The notes beneath the pieces are model-generated. The model was not told where the DNA came from, did no database searches, and was given only the letters and a program-made list of their open reading frames with translations. This document shows, piece after piece, positions 28,557 through 38,432 of a stretch of 64,000 nt of DNA. The position numbers and the translations under genes were made by a program. Where the stretch lies: assembly GCA_964591705.1 (NCBI GenBank), contig CAZQCX010000004.1, positions 2,473 through 66,472 of the forward strand. Direction: 5' to 3'. Source of the stretch: an uncultured Candidatus Bathyarchaeia archaeon (lineage in GTDB: Archaea; Thermoproteota; Bathyarchaeia; Bathyarchaeales; Bathycorpusculaceae). Numbering within the stretch: position 1 is the first letter of the stretch; each line of letters opens with the position of its first letter.

Positions 28557-31500
28557 TCACTTGACAGAATTGAGAGGAGAAGTGGGTGGCGTCATCCATG
28601 CTTTTTCACCTTCGCCTTCGAGTTTGCATTCTATTGGGAGGGTTATGGTGAAGGTTGAACCTTTGCCTTCAGTGCTGTCAACGGTGATTCTGCCTTGGTG
28701 CGCCTCTACGATGCGCTTGCAGATGGCTAAGCCGAATCCCATGCCTTGCGCCTTCGTTGTCACCAGGGGCGTAAAGACTTTGCTCATGGTCTCTTTTGTC
28801 ATGCCTATGCCTGTGTCTGAGAAGAAAATTTCCAAACTGTCGCCTATTTGTCGGCTCTTCACTTTGAGCGTTCCTCCTTGAGGCATTGCGTCAATTGCAT
28901 TCTTCAATAGGTTGATGAAGACCCTGAGCAACTTGTTTTGATCGACGCTTATGAAAGGTTCATTCGCTAAATAGTTCACCGTTTCGATGTTTTCTGGGAT
29001 TCTGATTGTTGACAGTGCTCGCTCTAAAAGCTCTCGAGGTGAGCAGCTCTCGATCTCAAGCTTGGGTTCCTTTGAATAGTCTAGCAGATCATTTATGACC
29101 TTGTCCGCGTACGTGATGGAACTGTCAATGATTTCGAAGATTTTCTTGGCGTCGGCATTGCCTTGGTTTGCCTGTGTCTTTTTCGCATAGTAAATGGCGT
29201 TCCTTATTGCACTCAGCGGATTGCGCAGATCATGTCCAACCATGCCTGCCAATTCTCCGATGGCGGCATACCTTTCTGCTTTCAGCAAAAGCTCATTCGC
29301 TCGTTTCAGTTCAGTTGTTCGTTCTTCGATGGTTCGTTCTAGGTCTCTGGAGTATTTTTCAATTCGTTCTTGGAGCAGTTTTTGTTCAGTAATGTCTTTC
29401 TGAACTGAAATAGAGTGGAGCAAGTTGCCATTATTATCATAGAAAGGATTAACACTAAGCAAGACTGTTCGTTCTTCTCCCTTTTTTGTGATTATTGTGA
29501 GTTCTTCATTGTCTATTTTTCCAGTTTCTAGAAATTTCTGAAACAGTCTTTTGGCTTTTTCTCGCGACGAAGGCGCGTAGATAGTGAATAAGGATTTGCC
29601 AACTAGCTCTTCCTTGTCATAACCGAAGCTTTCCAGTGCACACTTGTTGATATCCAAGAATGTTCCCTTAGGCGAAACCATATAGCAATATACTGGAGCG
29701 TTTTCGAAAATCAGCCTAAACTTCCGTTCACTTCTGCGTAAGGCTTCTTCTTTATCTCTTATCTCGGTTAAGTCGGTGAAGATCCATTGCTGAGCAGGCT
29801 TTCCATCATAAGTCATTGGTTGGTTGTAACAAAGAACAGGCAATTCTTTGCCATCTGACTTGATTAAGCTAATTTCTATTGGCGCAATTTTCGATCCTGT
29901 CACCATTCTTTCCCCATACTCTGAAACTAATTTGTGGTGACTATTCGGAATATGCCTTTCAATTTGCTTCTGCGTGTCGAAGGAGAACGAATTCAACTCT
30001 TCAACTGTATAACCCAGTTTTTCAGTTGTAATGGGGTTGGCATACTTTATGTGGGCGTCTTGGAGAATGATCACCATCTGAGGCAAATTCTCAACAAGCA
30101 GCCTGTATTTTTCCTCAGACTCTCGCAACTTCGTGTCACTTCTCTTGCGTTCTGTGATGTCTCTTGCGATGCTCAAAATCGCTTTTTCTCCCCTGTAGCT
30201 AACAATGCTAGAGCTAATTTCCACTGGCATCTGGTTTCCGTCTTTGCTTGTGTGCACTGTTTCAAAAACCTGCGTTCCAACAGTAGGCAGACGATCGATG
30301 AGGTTTTTGACGCGGTTGCTGTCTAGATGTTTGTCTATTCCTGCGATGTCCATAGAAAGCAATTCCTCTTTGGAGTAACCCAGCACTTTGACCGCTGCGT
30401 CATTTACATCGAGAAAGTTACCGTCGAAACCGATAACCCAGACCGACTCAGTCATTCCATTGATTAGCTCTCTATATTTTGCCTCGCTTGTTCTCAGCGC
30501 ATCTTCACTCTCTTTTCGTTCTGCTATGTTTTTTGCAATATGTACCGTCCCGACCAGTTGACCTTCATTGTTGAAAATTGGGGAGTCAGTCACGAGCAGT
30601 GGACAACCAAGATTCGGGTCATTTATTTCTTCAGTCACCGACATTCCTGTTGCTATTGTCTTAGCATGAGGGCAATTCAGCCAAGGTTGTTTTGTGCCAT
30701 GGATGATCTCAAAGCAAAGTCTCCCTTGTAATTCTGAAGGCTTTTTCTTCAATGCAGTGCACAATGCTTTGTTGGCTCTTGTGATTCTGTAGTCTTTGTC
30801 TACAATGAAGACAAAATCGCTAATTGCATCAAAGGTTCTTTCCCATTCCTGTGCAGCTCTCGCGAGCTGCTCTTCTGCCTTCTTCACTTCTGAGACATCG
30901 TTGTAGACAGCCACTATATTGCCACTAGGCAGTCTGTAGACCCAGTTTTCTCTCCACCCCCTGACGCGTGTGTCCCTGTAGAATCTGCTAGGAATATGCT
31001 CCGCAAGACCCGACCGATGAACCCTCCTGAAAACGTCTAGCAGACCGAATTTTTTGACCCCTGGAAAGACATCTGTCACGCGTTTCCCCAAGATGTCCTT
31101 CTTTCTGGTGTGCTCAATATGTTCGGCAGCTTTGTTGAAGTCCAAGAATATGAAGTCGGAACCGTCGTCGATGGGTCGATAGACCGCAATACCGCAGGGA
31201 GCGGTGTCGAATAGTTGTCTGTATTTCTTTTCAGATTCTCTTACGATTTTTTCTGCTCTTCTCCGAATAGTGATATCCGTGACAAAAGCGTAATAGTGTG
31301 TCACATTCCCCTTCTCGTCAACAAATGGATGAACGACAAGCTCAACTGGCACCATAGTGCCATCTTTGCGGATGTATTCCTTCTGGTATTGCACAGGTCT
31401 CTTTGTGCACTGCAATTCCTGAAGTTTTGTTTCTTCGGTTTTTCTGTATTCTGGAGGTGTCAAATCCTTGCTCCAGCTAATTTTCGAAAGTTCATCTTCG

Positions 31501-32843
31501 GTATAGCCGGTAAGTTTTCTGTATGCATCATTGGTTATCCCCAGCCTACCATCTGGAAAGCCGATTCCGATAGCAATTGATGAATCCCTGACGAGTTGTG
31601 CCAGAAACGATTGCTGCGCATGGCTTTTTTTGAGCGCTGCTTCGGCTTTTTTCCTTTCAGTTATGTCTCTTACAACCATGCTTGTTTTGGTTTTGCCTTG
31701 AGCATCTGTAAACAGTTTTGAGCTTACTTCGGCGGGGAAGGTGGTTCCGTTTTTCCGCTTGAAAGTGAGCTCAGCTGTTGCCTGACCAGTCTGCTCTCGC
31801 TCCTTCAGGGCTCTCAGCAGATTTTCGTCTTGAACAATCACGCCACTCCGCCCTGCTCTTTTTATCTCCTCTTCTGACATGCCCAGCATTTCGCACATTT
31901 TTGGATTTGCTGAAAGAATTGCGCCATCCGGCATCGTTAACATTATTCCGTCTAAACTGTTGTCAACTATGTTTCGGTAGCGGATTTCGCTTTCCCTCAA
32001 CAGTTGCTCGTTTGTCTTTCTGTCGGTAATGTCTCTGGCTATCGCAACAATGAACTTCTCGCTATTTAGTTTCATAGGTGACATCGAGAGCTCAATCAGG
32101 AATTCTGTGCCATCCTTTCTTAGTGCAGGAAATTCCCAAGTCCGACCTTCACAAAAGCCATTTTCCGCCTTGAGGATTTGATGAGCGAGATTTACGTGGT
32201 TCTTGCGGAAACGTGGAGGTACAAGCGTTTCGTTTACTTGTTTACCTACTATCTCTTCTTCTGCATAACCAAAAATGTCTGCTGCGGCTGGGTTCCAATA
32301 TGAAATTACGTCTCTTCCGTCAAACATGAATACAGCATCACGAATTGATTCAGTAATTGAACGCAACTTCATTTCATTGTCTACTGTTTCCCGCATCTTT
32401 TGTTTAGCAAGGTCTTCCATGTTCTTCGCATGAAACTGAAGACGTTCCATGTCCTGATTCTTTCTCGAAACATCATGGAAGACTACAAGATCAGCTGGTT
32501 GCTTAGCATAAATCACCCGCACGCCTCTCACCTCAGCGTATCTCGTAATCCCGTTTCTGTCAGTGAAACATATTTCGTAAGGTTGAATTGGCAAACCCTG
32601 CATTCGCTTTTTTAGATTTTCAAAGAGAATTGCCTTAGTTTCTGCAGTTATAGAGTCAAACTGAAGAAAAGATTTCCCAACGATCTCTCTATTCCTCAAG
32701 CCGGTAACATCTTCAAAAACATGATTGACTGCAAGGAAATTCCCCTTCTCATCAACTATAACGGCCATATCGGATAGGCGGTTCAGGAGCTTCCCTGCTT
32801 TCCCGCGGCGCGTTTTTCTTTCGTCCATCAATGTCCCTTTCAT
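28557..32843 (-). CDS. multi-PAS sensor histidine kinase (nine PAS/PAC repeats)
   Basis: Nine PAC-end motifs: DVSRK, DITDRK, DITERK, DITIRR, DVSEVK, NIAERK, DITERK, DLTEIR, DITEQK. H box GHDLRNPLSAI, N box LKNAIDAM, G1 DTGIGM, G2 GMGFGLAI. Start uncertain; ATG 32843 (MKGTLMDERK) chosen, and the ORF is open to 32918. Confidence 0.9.
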   Translation of the reverse strand: MKGTLMDERKTRRGKAGKLLNRLSDMAVIVDEKGNFLAVNHVFEDVTGLRNREIVGKSFLQFDSITAETKAILFENLKKRMQGLPIQPYEICFTDRNGITRYAEVRGVRVIYAKQPADLVVFHDVSRKNQDMERLQFHAKNMEDLAKQKMRETVDNEMKLRSITESIRDAVFMFDGRDVISYWNPAAADIFGYAEEEIVGKQVNETLVPPRFRKNHVNLAHQILKAENGFCEGRTWEFPALRKDGTEFLIELSMSPMKLNSEKFIVAIARDITDRKTNEQLLRESEIRYRNIVDNSLDGIMLTMPDGAILSANPKMCEMLGMSEEEIKRAGRSGVIVQDENLLRALKEREQTGQATAELTFKRKNGTTFPAEVSSKLFTDAQGKTKTSMVVRDITERKKAEAALKKSHAQQSFLAQLVRDSSIAIGIGFPDGRLGITNDAYRKLTGYTEDELSKISWSKDLTPPEYRKTEETKLQELQCTKRPVQYQKEYIRKDGTMVPVELVVHPFVDEKGNVTHYYAFVTDITIRRRAEKIVRESEKKYRQLFDTAPCGIAVYRPIDDGSDFIFLDFNKAAEHIEHTRKKDILGKRVTDVFPGVKKFGLLDVFRRVHRSGLAEHIPSRFYRDTRVRGWRENWVYRLPSGNIVAVYNDVSEVKKAEEQLARAAQEWERTFDAISDFVFIVDKDYRITRANKALCTALKKKPSELQGRLCFEIIHGTKQPWLNCPHAKTIATGMSVTEEINDPNLGCPLLVTDSPIFNNEGQLVGTVHIAKNIAERKESEDALRTSEAKYRELINGMTESVWVIGFDGNFLDVNDAAVKVLGYSKEELLSMDIAGIDKHLDSNRVKNLIDRLPTVGTQVFETVHTSKDGNQMPVEISSSIVSYRGEKAILSIARDITERKRSDTKLRESEEKYRLLVENLPQMVIILQDAHIKYANPITTEKLGYTVEELNSFSFDTQKQIERHIPNSHHKLVSEYGERMVTGSKIAPIEISLIKSDGKELPVLCYNQPMTYDGKPAQQWIFTDLTEIRDKEEALRRSERKFRLIFENAPVYCYMVSPKGTFLDINKCALESFGYDKEELVGKSLFTIYAPSSREKAKRLFQKFLETGKIDNEELTIITKKGEERTVLLSVNPFYDNNGNLLHSISVQKDITEQKLLQERIEKYSRDLERTIEERTTELKRANELLLKAERYAAIGELAGMVGHDLRNPLSAIRNAIYYAKKTQANQGNADAKKIFEIIDSSITYADKVINDLLDYSKEPKLEIESCSPRELLERALSTIRIPENIETVNYLANEPFISVDQNKLLRVFINLLKNAIDAMPQGGTLKVKSRQIGDSLEIFFSDTGIGMTKETMSKVFTPLVTTKAQGMGFGLAICKRIVEAHQGRITVDSTEGKGSTFTITLPIECKLEGEGEKAWMTPPTSPLNSVK

Positions 32844-33354
32844 CTTGGCTCCCAACTGTTTGGATACTCGATTGCGCGAGCATGCGTGCCTTGAGTCGCC
32901 GATTCGAGAGACCCACACCTGTCATCTGTCAGGTGCATACAACTTTGATGCCACAAATGCGTGTCAACTTCTCTCACATTACCCTTCATCGGTTAGTGTC
33001 AATCACCTAATCGCATTTTGCTCGTTTGGAGCCTGTGCGAACGGCTTCCTTGCTCATTGGCTTTGCATTCAGAAGAGAACCTTTGAAAGACAAATAATGT
33101 TTGTGAACATGAAGTTCAGAGTTGAGGTTCAGATTTCGCATACTTCTCACTACCTGCGGCAATGAGTTATTGTCACGTTTCTTGTTCGACCCTGAGTTTT
33201 GACCTGCCAGAAGAAACAGACCGGGCGATGCCGTCTTCCTTGGTTCCTTTTCAACTCGTTTGCTTGTTGGTCTTTCCAAGCAAGTTCAACAACACCCCAT
33301 TTTTTGTGAGGCTTTGGCTGGCAGGTCTGGCTGCGTCAAGCGTGCCAGTCGCCT

Positions 33355-35241
33355 TCAGGGCTGATGTCGGCGACCTCTCGGAGGTATAATGAACTCAAAT
33401 TGGACACCCTGACCTGCTTTGCCACTCTCCCGTACAGACCAACCATAGATTTCGCATATTTTGCGTATTAAGAACAATCCAAACCCTGTTCCCTTTCCAA
33501 AGCCCTTTTGGAACAGGTGTTCTCTGATGTTTTTATCGCAAATACCAACGCCATCATCCCTATAGCACAATCTCACTGAACAGTCATCAAGCTTCTCAGC
33601 AAAAATACTGATGGCGGTTACTTTTTCACCATATTTCAACGAGTTGTCAATGAGATTATAGAAAACCTGGGTCAGCAACGAGTCTGCGATCACTTCAAGA
33701 CCTCCGCAGCGATTTTCAACAACCACACCCTTGAGATCAGAAAACAGGGTTAACGCATTCGTAACAGTCTTCCCTACGTCAAGAGGACCCAATTCTTCGA
33801 CCCCGATCATTTCATACGTCTTCGCAAAATCAAAAATATCAGAAATGTTTCTAATAGCATCATCAATGTTCTGCAGGTATGTCTCCAATTCAGGACTGAT
33901 TGCACATTTATGCCTCGCCAAATACAAATTGCCCTGTATTACCCCAAGTTTGTTTCTAGCATCATGCCTTGTGAAGCCGCCCAGCACCATAATCTTCTCA
34001 TTCAGCAACTCTGCCTTCGCCAACGCTTTCTCTAGTTCACTCTGCACCGTCACAACATCAGAAATATCCACATATGCCATGAAGAATCCAACCAACTTAC
34101 CATCTACCCATATTGGACCGCCAGACATTGCCACGTTGAAAACCGAATCATCAAGCTTCTTCCTCATGGTGATGAAGTTCACTGGTCCTTCCAGAATCAT
34201 CTCACGGACCATCTCTGACTCCTCTTCAAACCCAACAGGCACAATCACATCAGTGATTACCTTACCTCTTATGTTCTCAAGAGTCCATCCAAAAAGCTCC
34301 GTGAACGCATGATTTATGTCGGTCACACGGAAATCCTTTTCAGTGAAAACGACCGCATATGGGTTAGCAGAAAAAAGAGCCTTCAATTTCTGCTGGCTTT
34401 CCTTCAGCAGAAGCTCCTGCATTTTACGCTGAGTAACATCTCGAACGATGCTCACCCCATACCATTCACCATCTTCCACAAAAGCCGAGAACGAAAGCTC
34501 TACACCAATCGCCTCGCCTGAAGCTTTCCTGAGTGTGAGCTCAACTGTTTTCCCCCTCATTGCCAGAGTTTCATCTGGCAATTGCTTGAATCCTTCAACC
34601 ATGTTTTGCTCATAGGTCTTCGTGAATTGCTTGCCAAAATGTTCGCCAAGCGCTCGGGTTATTTCAGATCTGGCAAAATCGAGCATAGCATTAGCAGCCT
34701 TGTTGAAGTAAACGATCTCCCCAGAGTCGTCAAGAACCAAGATGGCATCTTCCGAAGAATCAAAAACCGCTCGAAATCGCCTTTCACTCTGCAAGAGTTT
34801 CTCCTGAGTTCTCGCATGTTCAGCAGCTTGCCGGATACAGGATGCTAGTTCAGCGTATGCCGCAACCGGGGCGCCGCGCTTGTTCATGTACCTGAACGCG
34901 CCTAGATTCAGCGCTCTTTCTGCGACTTCATCCCGCCCTTTGCCCGTGAACAAGACGAAAGGCGTCGCGACACCCATAGCTTTCAATTCGCGTAGAAACT
35001 CCAGCCCATCTTTCTCAGCCATTTGATAGTCTGAAACAATCACATCAAATTTCTCAGCCTTCAGCATTTCAAGAGCCATCTTAACCGAATTCGCAGATTC
35101 AACTTGAATGTCAGCCTGCAATTCCAAACATTGTTTCGCCATACCCAGAAAAGCACAGTCATCGTCAACATGCAGTATCCGAATTGGGCTGTTAGAGAGT
35201 ATGGCAATAGTCGGTTCCCCCAAAACAGTTTCAGTCATCAA
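33355..35241 (-). CDS. hybrid receiver-PAS-PAS histidine kinase
   Basis: N-terminal receiver (ILHVDDD...VIVSDYQM...), two PAS/PAC units (DVTQRK, DISDV), H box TRHDARNKL, ATPase motifs LIDNSLKYG, DDGVGI, GTGFGLFL. Confidence 0.85.
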   Translation of the reverse strand: MMTETVLGEPTIAILSNSPIRILHVDDDCAFLGMAKQCLELQADIQVESANSVKMALEMLKAEKFDVIVSDYQMAEKDGLEFLRELKAMGVATPFVLFTGKGRDEVAERALNLGAFRYMNKRGAPVAAYAELASCIRQAAEHARTQEKLLQSERRFRAVFDSSEDAILVLDDSGEIVYFNKAANAMLDFARSEITRALGEHFGKQFTKTYEQNMVEGFKQLPDETLAMRGKTVELTLRKASGEAIGVELSFSAFVEDGEWYGVSIVRDVTQRKMQELLLKESQQKLKALFSANPYAVVFTEKDFRVTDINHAFTELFGWTLENIRGKVITDVIVPVGFEEESEMVREMILEGPVNFITMRKKLDDSVFNVAMSGGPIWVDGKLVGFFMAYVDISDVVTVQSELEKALAKAELLNEKIMVLGGFTRHDARNKLGVIQGNLYLARHKCAISPELETYLQNIDDAIRNISDIFDFAKTYEMIGVEELGPLDVGKTVTNALTLFSDLKGVVVENRCGGLEVIADSLLTQVFYNLIDNSLKYGEKVTAISIFAEKLDDCSVRLCYRDDGVGICDKNIREHLFQKGFGKGTGFGLFLIRKICEIYGWSVRESGKAGQGVQFEFIIPPRGRRHQP

Positions 35242-35424
35242 TCTCGCCAGCTCACCAATGATTTGAACACTTGAAGCCTATGGTCTAGTGCATAAAATTG
35301 TTTATGAATTGGCACTCAGTCTTTGGAATAAGACTCACCCGGTTTTCGACAAACAAAATAAAGATTGACGATTCATAAGAAATAAGAACAAACCTTCGCA
35401 ATCTAAAATGAACGGTGGCTATCT

Positions 35425-35877
35425 TTGGTTAACATAGTTCTCGTTGACGATGACGAACAATTTCGGAAAATGCTATGTGAAATCCTAGAAGAAAAAGGAT
35501 ACACCGTCAAATGCTTCGGAAATGGCAGAGATGCCATCGATGCAAGTTATGAGGAGCTCTTCAACATTGCCCTCATAGACATTCACTTGCCAGATACGGA
35601 AGGAACTGAACTTCTCACCAAACTCAGAAAAACAGAGCCGGCAACTGTAAAGATAATCTTAACCGGCAACGCCACTTTGGACAATTCAATCGAAGCCGCG
35701 AACAAGGGAGTAGACGGCTACATAGTGAAGCCATTTGATCCTAAAAAACTGCTTAACCTTATAGAAAAGAAACTGAAAGAACAACGAGAGAAGATAGAGT
35801 TCGACGAGAAAAAAGTAGCCGAGTACATAGGGCTAAGACACGAATGGATGACAACGGCCAAAATTGGAAGAAAATAG
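35425..35877 (+). CDS. receiver-only response regulator with short C-terminal helix (RR1)
   Basis: VLVDDDE, phospho-acceptor context IALIDIHLPD, LTG, conserved Lys in YIVKPFD. No recognisable output domain. TTG start. Confidence 0.85.
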   Translation: MVNIVLVDDDEQFRKMLCEILEEKGYTVKCFGNGRDAIDASYEELFNIALIDIHLPDTEGTELLTKLRKTEPATVKIILTGNATLDNSIEAANKGVDGYIVKPFDPKKLLNLIEKKLKEQREKIEFDEKKVAEYIGLRHEWMTTAKIGRK

Positions 35878-36228
35878 AACTTCTCCCAACTCGTGGTCAT
35901 CCTCGTGAAAATGCGGCTGATAAGAGAGCATCACTTTTCCAATCTTGAACTTGCCATCAGAATCCTGAAGAAATAGCCTCCATTGCACTATTCCTCCCAG
36001 CAGTCAGATGCAGACAATTCAAATGCGAGCGTCCTCCCCATTTTATTCATCCTCAAAAAGGCATCAAATCTTGCATCGTTTGGCCGGCATAAGTCTAGAT
36101 TACGCGAAAATTGTCTTATTTGTTCAGTTCACAATCACATGACCAACCATTCTTGGGGCATCTTGGACTATTGTACGCGTATTGATTTGGAGTTCGCAAT
36201 GGTTATTATCTGACACACATTATCTCCT

Positions 36229-36615
36229 GTGGAGCCGCGTGACTGGTTGACCCTGAACAGAAAGGAGCTGCCTCCTAGCAAATTTGAAATGATCATGGTT
36301 AACGCTATTGATGAGGCTCTTTCCTCTTTGGGAGAAAAATCTAAAGAACTGATTTTCTTTCATCTTGAGCAGGATTTTGCACTGAAGAAATCTGCAATTC
36401 CTTCCAACCTCGAAATTTTCGCGGATGCAATTGAGGAAATATTCGGAGCAGGGGCAAAATTCCTTGAAATGCTTATCATGAAACGACTCACTGAAAAGGT
36501 TGGAGGGTTCTTCAGGCTGGAAGAGGCAGAAATGGGCGACTACTTGATAGCTGCAACAGATTTCTCTAAGAAAATTATGGAACTGTTCCAGAAGCAACAA
36601 ACCGACTGCCAGTGA
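36229..36615 (+). CDS. uncharacterised helical protein X1, paralogue of 37701..38093
   Basis: Core NAIDEALSSLGEKSKELIFFHLEQDFALKKSAIPSNLEIFADAIEEIFGAGAKFLEMLIMKRL aligns at roughly 45-50% identity (by eye) with the other copy. That conservation selects this strand over the antisense ORF 36220..36657. ATG 36289 is an alternative start. Confidence 0.7.
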   Translation: MEPRDWLTLNRKELPPSKFEMIMVNAIDEALSSLGEKSKELIFFHLEQDFALKKSAIPSNLEIFADAIEEIFGAGAKFLEMLIMKRLTEKVGGFFRLEEAEMGDYLIAATDFSKKIMELFQKQQTDCQ

Positions 36616-37033
36616 CGCACCGGGTAAGGAACAAATAACACAGGATGTAGGAAGCATTTAGTGAATTTGACCCTCCTATACATCCTTCCCAATGCACCCA
36701 TTTCGCAGAGATGAACCGCAAGAAAGAAGCCAGAATAAGCATAAAAGCATGAATGTAAAAACACCCGCTCAGACGGAGAATGAATGAGCGATACACTATC
36801 CACTCTCATTTTTCAAACTGTTGGGAATAGTGAATGAGATCAGCAGGTGCAGACAAGAGTCGCTTCTAGACAATGACCTTGAGGATTCGGCAACAAGCCT
36901 CCAAAGAACAAAGGTAAATAATAAGATGGCGCTAGGAGGTAGAAATCGCCAAAGCTACAAAAATAATTGCTTTGTTTATTGTGAGCAAAACCTAAGAGAA
37001 TACGAATTACGAGAAAAGGGGAACATGCGAGAG

Positions 37034-37483
37034 CTAAGCTTTGGCGATTTCCTTTACACGAGTTTCAATGAATTCAGCCACTCTTTCTTCGTTGTAAGTC
37101 CTCTCCATCTTCTGCAGCATCAAATGCGTTTCAATCGTCTTCAGAAGCTTTGCTGGGTCGACAGGTTTGATTAAGTAGGCGTCAGCCTTTCTGTTGACAG
37201 CGTCAATTGCGTTTTGCACCGAGGGATAGCCAGTCAGCATGATCTTGCGCATTCTGGGAACAGTGTCCCTCATTCTCGACAGCAGTTCAGTTCCTTCGAT
37301 GTCGGGCAGCTTAATGTCTAATAGTGCCAAGTTGAAGAACCCCTCATTTGATTTTCGTATAGCTTCATGCCCGTTCATAGCCGTGTTCACAGAGTAGCCT
37401 TCTGCTTCAAGCAAAAGGCGCAAGGTTTCAAGAATGTTCTTGTCATCATCGACCAGCAGAATCCGCGGTTTGTCCTTTTTCAA
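37034..37483 (-). CDS. receiver-only response regulator with short C-terminal helix (RR2)
   Basis: LLVDDDK, LALLDIKLPD, LTG, YLIKPVD. Paralogous to RR1, including the tail (YNEERVAEFIETR vs FDEKKVAEYIGLR). Confidence 0.85.
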   Translation of the reverse strand: MKKDKPRILLVDDDKNILETLRLLLEAEGYSVNTAMNGHEAIRKSNEGFFNLALLDIKLPDIEGTELLSRMRDTVPRMRKIMLTGYPSVQNAIDAVNRKADAYLIKPVDPAKLLKTIETHLMLQKMERTYNEERVAEFIETRVKEIAKA

Positions 37484-37700
37484 GATGTCACCTCCAATCT
37501 CTCGATTGACAAACTATTAGTGGGAGCAGTATCTCTTCAACCTCAGTATTCACCACTGATGCTAATGCCTTGGCAACCCTCAGTCCTGTTGCTCGCCAGC
37601 TCATCGCCCACAGCAATATTGGACGTAACAAGGTCCTGTCTTCAATCATCCTGCTCTTTAACCCCGTCTCATCCGACCTCCTCAGACGTTTCATCACCAA

Positions 37701-38093
37701 TCACGCGAAGTTCCGCTTCATCATGTTTACGTACTGTTTAAAGGTAAGTTCTGGCACAACCCATTTGGGCAAATCCCATTTGTACTCAATCTGTATCTCT
37801 TCGTGGAGTTTCTTCATTATCAAAATCTCCAGATGCCTAGCGCCTGAACCGAAAACCTTCTCAAGGGCATCTGAGAAATCATCAATCCTGAATGGGATCT
37901 CTCGCTTTCTTATTCCAAAAGTGCCTTCCAGATGATAGTATATTGCGTGCATGGATGATTCACCCATGGAGGAAAACGCTGCATCAATTGCGTTGAGCAA
38001 TACGCGATAGAAGGATTGCCCTGTGCCGACTGTTAACATTGCGCATGGCGGTTCTTGATCCAATCCCGTTACGGCTGAACTGCTTTTACGCAA
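37701..38093 (-). CDS. uncharacterised helical protein X2, paralogue of 36229..36615
   Basis: Core NAIDAAFSSMGESSMHAIYYHLEGTFGIRKREIPFRIDDFSDALEKVFGSGARHLEILIMKKL. TTG start at 38093; ATG 38039 is an alternative. Confidence 0.7.
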   Translation of the reverse strand: MRKSSSAVTGLDQEPPCAMLTVGTGQSFYRVLLNAIDAAFSSMGESSMHAIYYHLEGTFGIRKREIPFRIDDFSDALEKVFGSGARHLEILIMKKLHEEIQIEYKWDLPKWVVPELTFKQYVNMMKRNFA

Positions 38094-38126
38094 TCAGGCT
38101 CGCTCCTTCCGACAGACATATATATT

Positions 38127-38147
38127 AACTCTTAATATATAAGAGTT
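38127..38147. promoter_or_regulatory. inverted repeat AACTCTTA-ATATA-TAAGAGTT overlapping the AT-rich TATA-like region upstream of X2
   Basis: Perfect 8-bp arms with a 5-bp AT spacer, 34-54 nt upstream of the X2 TTG start. The adjacent CATATATATTA (38117-38127) is TATA-box-like on the minus strand. Confidence 0.4.
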
Positions 38148-38432
38148 TTGAAGCTCGAGAACTTTTTCACAAACGCACAACACGTATCTCCTCAAACCCA
38201 ACAATCCAACCAGAGCACGAACTAAAAAACAACCAGTCCCCACAGCACCAACACGTCAATAACGAATTCCCAAGAAACCACCCACCTGAAAATTGGGACA
38301 ATCCCCCAGAACCCACTAACCCCCTATTCACCCATAGTCTCACATTTCAAACTCCAGTCTGAAATCAAACTTGGAATGCCATAGTAAGCAAACCCTTGCC
38401 CAAGGACGCCGTGTTCACGTGAAAAGCTTAAT

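Noticed and set aside
32725-33279. ORFs 32725..33165 (+) and 33007..33279 (-) between the two kinase genes
   Set aside because: The first mostly overlaps the kinase 5' end. The second is low-complexity Lys/Ser/Asn-rich. Neither has recognisable features.
33000-35500. Replication origin at the composition switch
   Set aside because: There is no cdc6/orc1 gene and no ORB-like repeated elements. The direction of the switch (G/T-rich to A/C-rich on the plus strand) would fit convergence or inversion rather than an origin.
36220-36657. 145-aa minus-strand ORF antisense to X1
   Set aside because: The plus-strand frame is conserved with the X2 paralogue. The antisense translation has no paralogue or motif.
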